64,000 nucleotides of DNA from Bacteroidota bacterium (GTDB taxonomy: Bacteria > Bacteroidota > Bacteroidia > UBA8524). Of the stretch, positions 57,112 to 64,000 are shown in pieces. The notes below the pieces were generated by a model, which searched no databases, was not told the DNA's origin, and saw only the letters and a list, made by a program, of their open reading frames with translations. The translations under genes were made by a program, and so were the position numbers. The stretch spans positions 2,864 to 66,863 of the forward strand of contig SBGR01000034.1 in the NCBI GenBank assembly GCA_006226545.1, read 5' to 3'. Within the stretch, counting starts at the first letter, position 1. Every line of letters begins with the position of its first letter.

Positions 57112-57323
57112 GGTCGATAGAGGCTCTGTTCTAGTTTATAGTGTTTCAATTCTGATCCGTTCACTGGAATGAATTCCAGTGCTGCTGATTTTGTACGATT
57201 GAAAATTGAATTCACTTCACCTCCTCATCCCTTCATCTCATCATCATAGTTGACCTAACTCCTATCTGGAGAACATCAAAAATTTTATAACAATCACGGC
57301 ATAGAACAGAGCCTCGATAGACC
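57112..57323. repeat. 212-bp segment bounded by 22-nt inverted repeats (20/22 match)
   Basis: The left arm GGTCGATAGAGGCTCTGTTCTA (57112-57133) pairs with the right arm TAGAACAGAGCCTCGATAGACC (57302-57323). The 168-bp AT-rich interior holds the hairpin CACTGGAA-TGAA-TTCCAGTG (57161-57180). Confidence 0.7.
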
Positions 57324-57413
57324 ATGGACGGGGGCCTTGGCCCTCTGCTAGTCTTGGTGGCTCTTTCAAGGTTTCACCACTTCGGGGCCAACTTCTACTT
57401 CAAGATTACCTTT

Positions 57414-57476
57414 CAGTCCTACAGTTCTACAGTCTCACAATCCTACTACCCACAGTCCTACTTCTAACAGTCCAAC
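57414..57476. repeat. Degenerate 8-nt tandem repeat (CAGTCCTA-like, ~8 units)
   Basis: cagtccta cagttcta cagtctca caatccta ctaccca cagtccta cttctaa cagtccaa. Confidence 0.6.
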
Positions 57477-57494
57477 AAATTATCAATCCAATTC

Positions 57495-57531
57495 CATTGC
57501 ATATTCAAGTATTCATCGTAATATTGCAATG
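57495..57531 (+). promoter_or_regulatory. Candidate ArsR operator (imperfect inverted repeat abutting the arsR start)
   Basis: CATTGCATATT (57495-57505) and AATATTGCAATG (57520-57531) are reverse complements apart from a 1-nt indel. The repeat ends 6 nt before the ATG. Confidence 0.35.
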
Positions 57532-57536
57532 TATTT

Positions 57537-57863
57537 ATGGGAGTAACTAGAACAGACTTATTTACCACAGAACAGAATGAGTTAGCCTCTGTCGCTAAAG
57601 CCTTGGCGCATCCTGCGCGCATCGCCATACTGCAGCACCTCATCAAAGCGAAATCGTGTATTAACAGTGACCTCGTCCAAGAGCTCGGACTAGCACAAGC
57701 CACCATCTCTCAGCATTTGCGCGAACTGAAAGAACAGGGCATTTTACAAGGTAACGTGGAGGGAGTGTCTATCTGCTATTGCATCAATCCCGACAAATGG
57801 AACCATATCCGCCTTCTGCTGAATGAACTGTTCGACGCATTCCCAACCCCTAATTGTTGTTAA
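57537..57863 (+). CDS. arsR: ArsR/SmtB family metalloregulator
   Basis: 108 aa with LAHPARIAILQHL and ISQHLRELKEQGIL (winged HTH). Cysteines at CYC and a C-terminal vicinal pair (NCC). Confidence 0.85.
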   Translation: MGVTRTDLFTTEQNELASVAKALAHPARIAILQHLIKAKSCINSDLVQELGLAQATISQHLRELKEQGILQGNVEGVSICYCINPDKWNHIRLLLNELFDAFPTPNCC

Positions 57864-57864
57864 C

Positions 57865-58749
57865 ATGAACACCAACGAAACATTGAAATCCATCGTTAAA
57901 GAGAAATACGGTGAGATTGCCCTTCAAGACAAAGAAACCAATGCCGCTTCCTGCTGTGGAGCCGGACCGGTTTCAGGAAAAGTATATTCTATCATGGCCG
58001 ACAACTACGATGCGTTGTCGGGCTATAACCCGGATGCCGACCTAGGCCTAGGCTGCGGTTTGCCAACCGAATTCGCTAAAATTAAAAAAGGCGATGTGGT
58101 TATCGACCTCGGCAGCGGTGCCGGTAACGATGCTTTCATCGCTCGACATGAAACAGGCGCAGAAGGAAAAGTAATCGGTATCGATTTCACCCCTGCCATG
58201 ATTGAGAAAGCCCGAAGCAATGCCGAAAAAGTAGGCTACCACAACGTAGAATTCCGCGAAGGCGATTTAGAAAATATGCCGGTAAACAACGACGTTGCAG
58301 ACGTTATCGTAAGCAATTGCGTGCTCAACCTTGTGCCGGATAAAACCAAAGTGCTGAACGAGATCTACCGTGTATTGAAGCCGGGCGGACACTTTAGCAT
58401 TTCTGATATCGTACTGCAGGGCGACCTTCCGGAAGCCTTCCAGAAAGATGCTGAAATGTATGCCGGATGCATCAGTGGTGCTTTGCAAAAAGACGATTAC
58501 CTCGGACGCATCCAAGCAGCCGGATTCCAGAACATCACCATCCAAAAAGAAAAAGTGGTATTGCTTCCTGATGATATCCTGCAAGACTACCTGAGCGCTG
58601 AAGAGATCGAGGCTTTCGCTAAACGCGAACACGGTATTTTCTCTGTGACCGTATATGCTGAAAAGCCGGGCAGTAAACCCAAAATCAACCTGCAAGATTT
58701 AAGCAGTTTAGATGCACCAAGTTGCACTCCTGGAGGAGGTTGCTGCTAA
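57865..58749 (+). CDS. arsM: Arsenite S-adenosylmethionine methyltransferase
   Basis: Starts 1 nt after the arsR stop (trimmed from 57823). SAM motif VIDLGSGAGND. Conserved Cys contexts SCCGAG and YAGCISGA, and a Cys-rich C-terminus CTPGGGCC. Confidence 0.9.
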   Translation: MNTNETLKSIVKEKYGEIALQDKETNAASCCGAGPVSGKVYSIMADNYDALSGYNPDADLGLGCGLPTEFAKIKKGDVVIDLGSGAGNDAFIARHETGAEGKVIGIDFTPAMIEKARSNAEKVGYHNVEFREGDLENMPVNNDVADVIVSNCVLNLVPDKTKVLNEIYRVLKPGGHFSISDIVLQGDLPEAFQKDAEMYAGCISGALQKDDYLGRIQAAGFQNITIQKEKVVLLPDDILQDYLSAEEIEAFAKREHGIFSVTVYAEKPGSKPKINLQDLSSLDAPSCTPGGGCC

Positions 58750-59354
58750 TGCTCCTTACAGAATTACAAGCCTTCCTCGGAACCTCATCCGGGGAAGGCC
58801 TTTCTGCTGAAAGGCAGGAACTGTGGCAAAAAGCCGCTCAGGCTGTTGTAGAAAAAGAAGCAAAAGCGATGAACTTCATCTGTACGCATAACGCGCGCAG
58901 AAGCGTAATCAGTCAATCGCTGGCCGCCGCTTTAGCTCACCAGTATGGATTTAGCGAAATGCAGTTCTATTCCGGCGGTGCTGAATCTACTTTCATCCAC
59001 CCCAATAGCTTAGCGCTACTCCAGAAAATTGGTTTTGAGGTAAAGGAAGTAAAAGCCGGAAATAACCCGGTGAATACAGCCGGATTCGCTAGCGATGCCC
59101 AACCTTTGCAATTGTTCTCCAAAACCTTTGATGATGCCAGCTCCAGCGAGCCTTATGTGGCCATCTTGGTTTGCTCCAAAGGCGATGCTGCTTGTCCGTT
59201 TATCCCGGATGCCAAAGCGCGTATCCTCATCCCATTTGAAGACCCTGGAGCTTACGATGGAACCGAGCAGGCCGCAGAAGCTTACCTCGCCACGGCCAAA
59301 CTCATCTTAAACGAATTACATTATTTCTTTCAGCTCTTGCCTAGCTCACGCTGA
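58749..59354 (+). CDS. arsC: LMW-PTP-type (thioredoxin-coupled-like) arsenate reductase with N-terminal extension
   Basis: P-loop CTHNARRS (CX5R-S) and a second Cys pair CSKGDAAC. TAATG overlap with arsM (ATG at 58749). About 45 aa of extra N-terminal sequence. Confidence 0.7.
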   Translation: MLLTELQAFLGTSSGEGLSAERQELWQKAAQAVVEKEAKAMNFICTHNARRSVISQSLAAALAHQYGFSEMQFYSGGAESTFIHPNSLALLQKIGFEVKEVKAGNNPVNTAGFASDAQPLQLFSKTFDDASSSEPYVAILVCSKGDAACPFIPDAKARILIPFEDPGAYDGTEQAAEAYLATAKLILNELHYFFQLLPSSR

Positions 59355-60088
59355 CGCAAGGTTTCAAAGAGGATGATCCCGCAAGCTACCGACACATTCA
59401 GTGATGCGGTAACCCCTTTCATTGGAATGGCTGCTACGTGGTCTGACATCTTCAATACTTCATCTGAAATACCTGTGCCTTCAGCGCCCATTACGATAAC
59501 AGTTGCTTCACTGAGCACGTCATCGTAGATGCTTTCTGTGCCTTTTTCAGAACACGAAACCAGGCTTAGGCCATAGTTCTTCAAGTTCTCTAAGGTCTTT
59601 CTGAAATTCTTGGTACGGCAAACAGGCATGCGCAACAAGGCACCTGAACTCGTCTTGATCGCATCTTCATTTATCGGTGCCGTTTCTTTCATGGGAATAA
59701 GCAAGGCATCAACGCCTGCACATTCAGCAGTACGGGCGATCGCGCCAAAATTGCGCACATCGGTAACGCCATCCAAAGCCAGAATAAACGGCGTTCTGCC
59801 TTCTTCTTGAACAGCACTCACAATCTCTTCGATGTCCATAAACTCGATCGCTGCCATCATCGCTACCACGCCTTGGTGGTTTTTGCGCGTTAAGCGATCC
59901 AACTTATAGGAAGGAACAAACAAAAGTGGAATCTCCTGCTCCTTCAAACGCTGGCGAATCATATCGATATTCGGGCCTTTATGGGTCTTTTCCATAAAAA
60001 CACGGTCGATGCGAGCCCCAGATTCTAAGGCTTCTAAAACCGGGTGTATCCCGTAAATGATTTGCTGATCGGGCCGCTTATCTTCCAT
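59330..60088 (-). CDS. rlmB: SpoU/TrmH-family 23S rRNA 2'-O-methyltransferase (RlmB-like)
   Basis: 252 aa with the SpoU motifs DGVTDVRNFGAIARTA, VMGAEGTGIS and IPMKGVTASLNVSVA. Confidence 0.8.
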   Translation of the reverse strand: MEDKRPDQQIIYGIHPVLEALESGARIDRVFMEKTHKGPNIDMIRQRLKEQEIPLLFVPSYKLDRLTRKNHQGVVAMMAAIEFMDIEEIVSAVQEEGRTPFILALDGVTDVRNFGAIARTAECAGVDALLIPMKETAPINEDAIKTSSGALLRMPVCRTKNFRKTLENLKNYGLSLVSCSEKGTESIYDDVLSEATVIVMGAEGTGISDEVLKMSDHVAAIPMKGVTASLNVSVACGIILFETLRQRELGKS

Positions 60089-63000
60089 AACTGTTCATCT
60101 TAAGTTCTATTTCCTTCACTAATTCTGCACGTTGGTATTGATTCAACATACCGAGTAATTGTCCTAATTGTTCTGTGGTCTTCTTTTCCAACATGCTCAC
60201 ATGGCGTTCCTGTCTTCCACTGAAGCTCAGGCAGTATTCTAGCAAATCCAATTGCTCATCAGCAAACTCCTTGCATAGCTTATCGCCAAGTTCATTCAAC
60301 TTCTGAGTATAGGCCGCAGAAGCCAATGGCGCCATAATGGTAAACTCATCATACGGAACTACCGATGCAGGCATTTCTTCCATACATCTGTTGATGGCCT
60401 TTTCCAATCTTTCCTTCTCCCCATCTCGCGAGAGTTTCAAGGCCAAGTAACCAAAGTACGTGCGCAAAGTGCGAATCATACGGTAGGTGGTTTCATCGCC
60501 CAAAACGGTTTGCGTTTTCATGTTACCCAACTCAAACTGATCCACCAAATTGGAATACATAATATCCTTGTTTAAGCGAAGTGGAATCTCTTGATCCGCC
60601 GGTAATGTAGCAGGAATCAAGCGGTAAACTAAACCGTCTAAACGCATATAGGCACCCAAGCCAAGGTGGTTATTTGAAATGGAGTTGGAAGCGAAGTATA
60701 CCGGACGCTCAAACTTATTGTTCATGATCAAGTCGAGCAATACCCAGTCTGCCTTCAATACAGAAGTCCCCGGAATGCTAAAGCGAATCTTATCTACGGC
60801 ATAAGGCATTTCTTCCGGTCGCAAGGTTCCGTTGGCCGCCGCGATATCTTTGTTTACATCAATCTCAATATTCCGAACCGGGAAGTAGTTCACGTTGTAA
60901 GCGCTGTACTCCGGACCATAGTACATCGACATGTTGATCGTAGCACGGCTATCGTTCTCCGTAGTGATGAATTTCATGATCTGACCGAAGTCGTAGTACC
61001 TGTTTTGATCTAAACCGACTTTGGGGTTATTGTAAACCAAAAGCTGTTCACGTAAGCCTTTTGCGTACTTGTCTTTGGTAACCGATAATTTAAACGGTTC
61101 TGAATCCATTACCTTTCGGGTGAGCGATTCCACGTACCAATCGAAGTTGAGGAGGTTTAAGTTGATGATGCGAACATCGGTACGGTAGTTCTCCACGTTT
61201 TGTACAAACCACAGCGGGTAGGTATCGTTGTCGCCATTGGTAAAGAGGATAGCGTTGGAGTCGCAACTCATGAGGTAATCTCGAGCGAACTCAACCACCA
61301 TGGTTCTTTCTGAACGATCGTGGTCATCCCAGTTTTGTTGAGCCAACAATACCGGTGAAGCTAACATCGCTAAAGCAAAAGCGGCCCAGGCCGACTTGGT
61401 TTTACCGAGGTATTTCTCCAGCAGTTGAGCCAAGAATATCACACCCAAGCCTATCCAGATACAGAAGATCTGGAATGAACCCACCAAGGTATAATCTCGC
61501 TCGCGAGGCTCGTACGGTGGCGCATTCAGGTATACGGCAATTAAAATTCCGGTGAAAAGGAATAGCATCGCCACGACTAAGAAATCTGATTTATTGCGAA
61601 TGTACTGAAGCGCAAAACCCATCAATCCAATGATCAAAGGCAAAAGGAAATAGGTGTTTCGGGCTTTGTTGTTTTTCCAATGTTCCGGCAGTTCCGCCTG
61701 TGGACCAAGATGGCTATTGTCAAAAAATGGAATTCCGGTGAGGTAGTTACCGTGCAGCACGTCGCCGTCACCTTGTATATCGTCTTGACGGCCGGCGAAG
61801 TTCCACAAGAAATAGCGCCAGTACATGTGGTTGAGCTGGTACTTGAAAAAGAACTTCAGGTTTTGCCCCATGGTCGGAACCTTTTTCTCGTCAACGCCTG
61901 CCCAATTGGCATAACCCGCAGGGCTGCTTGACTTCTGCTGGTCTCCCATACGAGGGAAGAGCGTTACATATTTTGGATCCCAGGTGAGTTCCGGCTGCGG
62001 GAATCCCGCCTTTTCATAATTTTTATCGCCTTTGCGGTAATCTTGTTTACCTGCTTCGGCGGAAATGGCTTTGGCGTTGAAATAAGGACCTTTGACCAAA
62101 GGACGATCGCCGTATTGTTCGCGGTTGAGGTAAGAAACGAGGTTAATCGGGTTCTCCGGATTGTTCATGTCGATGGTAGGCTCAGCCAAAGAGCGAATCA
62201 CCACCATAGCATACGAAGAATAACCAATCAGGATAAAAGTAAAGGAAAGCGTAGCGATGTGGACGAGCTGGTTTTTCTTAGCGTGGCTATACCATAATCC
62301 GAAGCCAATAATCGCTAAGATGATTAAGGCAGTTACCCATACACCTGAGCCAAACGGCATTTTCATTCCGTTTACCATGGCGATGTCTAGTTTCATTGCC
62401 AACGTTGGAATGCCCGGGATAATGCCCACTTGAACAACCGCTAAAATAACAGCACCGATGATGGATGAAGCCAAGAAACCCTTCATGTCGAAGCTCTTGA
62501 ATTTGAAGTAGACCACGTAAACAATGGCCGGAATAACCAAGAGGTTCAATAAATGGACACCAATCGCTAAACCAATGAGGTAAGCGATTAAGATGATCCA
62601 ACGATTAGCGTCTTTCTCTTTCCATGCATGTTCCCATTTCAAAATACACCAAAACGTTAAAGCGGTAAAGAAGGAGCTGGATGCATATACTTCTGCTTCT
62701 ACAGCAGAGAACCAGAAGGTGTCTGTAAATGTTAAGGTGAGCGCGCCTACCAAACCTGCAAAGTAGATAAGTAGGTTTTTCTCTTTGCTTTCAGTGCGTT
62801 CCGGGTCAACCAGCTTTTGAGCGAAGTGGGTGATGGTCCAGAAGGTGAACATTACACACAAGGCACTGGTAATTACAGAAAGCATATTGACCATAAAGGC
62901 CACCGTATCGGGTGAACCGGCCAAGTGACTGAAGAAATTACCCAAGAGCAAAAAGAGCGGTGCTCCCGGCGGGTGTACCACTTGCAATTTGGCAGAGGCG

Positions 63001-63122
63001 GAGATGAATTCGCCGCAATCCCAGAAGCTGGCTGTACGTTCGGCCGTCATGGCATAGACCACAAAGGCTATCAGGAAGCTAAGCCACCCGAGGTAGGTAT
63101 TAATCTTTTTGTAATTCATCAT
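60078..63122 (-). CDS. DUF2723 / GT-C-like large polytopic membrane protein
   Basis: 1014 aa with ASFWDCGEFI near the N-terminus, more than 10 TM helices, and a large soluble C-terminal region with TPR-like helices. Confidence 0.6.
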   Translation of the reverse strand: MMNYKKINTYLGWLSFLIAFVVYAMTAERTASFWDCGEFISASAKLQVVHPPGAPLFLLLGNFFSHLAGSPDTVAFMVNMLSVITSALCVMFTFWTITHFAQKLVDPERTESKEKNLLIYFAGLVGALTLTFTDTFWFSAVEAEVYASSSFFTALTFWCILKWEHAWKEKDANRWIILIAYLIGLAIGVHLLNLLVIPAIVYVVYFKFKSFDMKGFLASSIIGAVILAVVQVGIIPGIPTLAMKLDIAMVNGMKMPFGSGVWVTALIILAIIGFGLWYSHAKKNQLVHIATLSFTFILIGYSSYAMVVIRSLAEPTIDMNNPENPINLVSYLNREQYGDRPLVKGPYFNAKAISAEAGKQDYRKGDKNYEKAGFPQPELTWDPKYVTLFPRMGDQQKSSSPAGYANWAGVDEKKVPTMGQNLKFFFKYQLNHMYWRYFLWNFAGRQDDIQGDGDVLHGNYLTGIPFFDNSHLGPQAELPEHWKNNKARNTYFLLPLIIGLMGFALQYIRNKSDFLVVAMLFLFTGILIAVYLNAPPYEPRERDYTLVGSFQIFCIWIGLGVIFLAQLLEKYLGKTKSAWAAFALAMLASPVLLAQQNWDDHDRSERTMVVEFARDYLMSCDSNAILFTNGDNDTYPLWFVQNVENYRTDVRIINLNLLNFDWYVESLTRKVMDSEPFKLSVTKDKYAKGLREQLLVYNNPKVGLDQNRYYDFGQIMKFITTENDSRATINMSMYYGPEYSAYNVNYFPVRNIEIDVNKDIAAANGTLRPEEMPYAVDKIRFSIPGTSVLKADWVLLDLIMNNKFERPVYFASNSISNNHLGLGAYMRLDGLVYRLIPATLPADQEIPLRLNKDIMYSNLVDQFELGNMKTQTVLGDETTYRMIRTLRTYFGYLALKLSRDGEKERLEKAINRCMEEMPASVVPYDEFTIMAPLASAAYTQKLNELGDKLCKEFADEQLDLLEYCLSFSGRQERHVSMLEKKTTEQLGQLLGMLNQYQRAELVKEIELKMNSYGR

Positions 63123-63135
63123 GATCGCTACAAAA

Positions 63136-64000
63136 CTAATGATCGTCGGTATTCTTTATAAAAAGTTGAATCTGATAGATGTATTTATTTAATGTTTCCA
63201 TGGAAGAATCAGGCATATAAGCGTAAACCGGCATTAATTCCGGCCTGGCCATAAGCGTATCCAATGGAAGCTGGCATTCATTTGGGCCAAAATGCGCATC
63301 CCAAACAATGAGGCTGCCTTCCGGTATATCGCGTTGCCAGCGCAGTTCATCTAGGTTGCCTCGTTCTTCCGGATTGAATGGATCCACCCCAAAAGCCTGA
63401 GCAGCCGTAGGTGCAAAATAGTATACTTTTCGCCCTTCCCGGTAATGGCGTGAGCTTTTATACCAGCGGCCCACATCCAACATCGCTTCCCTTTCTCGAT
63501 CGCCGGTGAATGGCATGTGCAAATTCTGCATTCCGGTGCGCACCACAAACAAGGTGGCCAAGGCCAATAAGACTAGTTTGAGTCCTTGTAATCTAGGATT
63601 CAAATAAGCCAAAACCACATGAACACCATAAAGGGCAATCAAGACGGCAAAAGGCATTGTACCGGCCATCACGCGAATAAGTCCTAGCGATGCACTCAGT
63701 CCCTTCCACCACACATAGCTATGTCCAAAGAGGTAAGCGAAGAAGCTACCGAATACCATCCAAAGCAGGAGTCCTTCCGGTTTCGTCCAGCTTTGTTTGA
63801 GCTTCAGCTTTCGCAACATCACCCAGGTAAAAACCACCGTTCCAATGCCCCATAACCACATCAAACCTTTGCCCCAGATTTCTCTGCCTGATTGGAAGTA
63901 GTGTAAAAATGGACCACTGCCGTAAATTGCACTTGCCGAGTTATTGTAAGGGTTCTGATGCCAGATCCAAAGGAAATCGTCAAAGTAAAAATAGCCCGCC
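63136..64000 (-). CDS. Polytopic membrane protein (GT-C/ArnT-like), 5' end outside the window
   Basis: The reading frame stays open from 63864 to the window edge (...YFYFDDFLWIWHQNPYNNSASAIYGSGPFLHYFQSGREIWGKGL-MWLWG...), so the ORF-track TTG start at 63864 is internal. Multiple TM helices followed by a soluble C-terminal part. Confidence 0.5.
   Translation of the reverse strand, partial: AGYFYFDDFLWIWHQNPYNNSASAIYGSGPFLHYFQSGREIWGKGLMWLWGIGTVVFTWVMLRKLKLKQSWTKPEGLLLWMVFGSFFAYLFGHSYVWWKGLSASLGLIRVMAGTMPFAVLIALYGVHVVLAYLNPRLQGLKLVLLALATLFVVRTGMQNLHMPFTGDREREAMLDVGRWYKSSRHYREGRKVYYFAPTAAQAFGVDPFNPEERGNLDELRWQRDIPEGSLIVWDAHFGPNECQLPLDTLMARPELMPVYAYMPDSSMETLNKYIYQIQLFIKNTDDH

Noticed and set aside
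57027-57215. 62-aa minus-strand ORF in the structured non-coding region
   Set aside because: It runs through the GGGGAC/GTCCCC terminator hairpin, the T9 tract (read as a lysine run) and the left inverted-repeat arm. The DNA/RNA structures explain the sequence better.

Overview
This window is a 64-kb, roughly 90% coding chromosomal segment that looks like a Bacteroidota (Flavobacteriia-like) genome. The phylum call rests on two proteins with T9SS type-A C-terminal sorting domains, a PorV/PorQ-like barrel, a CarboxypepD_reg-type TonB-dependent receptor, and glgA-like/DUF4270/panC synteny.

Most genes are housekeeping: metG, mutL, glmS, pgk, panC, xth, DAHP synthase, rlmB, thiamine pyrophosphokinase, ldcA and a fused 2-oxoacid dehydrogenase E1. 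Also present:
- a marR-MFP-RND-TolC efflux operon
- a TonB-receptor operon lying divergent to two tandem di-haem cytochrome c peroxidases
- an arsR-arsM-arsC operon with no efflux pump

I saw no rRNA, tRNA, CRISPR, transposase, integrase or phage genes.

Signalling oddities:
- an orphan cheR plus receiver-less cheB pair (2.7-4.1 kb)
- a STAS / RsbW-like kinase / PP2C partner-switching operon with no sigma factor and two apparently degenerate receiver domains (14.8-17.2 kb)

The best candidate for an undescribed system is an AT-rich islet at about 17.2-18.8 kb. It holds a translationally coupled C-protein-like XRE HTH gene and a minimal PD-(D/E)xK-like nuclease gene, with no methyltransferase and a palindrome upstream.

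Structured non-coding DNA:
- two ~100-bp direct repeats plus four GGCTCC-N3-GGAGCC-type hairpins at 46.7-47.1 kb
- a 168-bp segment flanked by 22-nt inverted repeats, an orphan terminator and 8-nt tandem repeats upstream of the ars operon (57.0-57.5 kb)

All family calls rest on motif recognition by eye; no database search was possible. Several ORF-track starts are TTG-extended and have been trimmed to the first plausible ATG or signal peptide.
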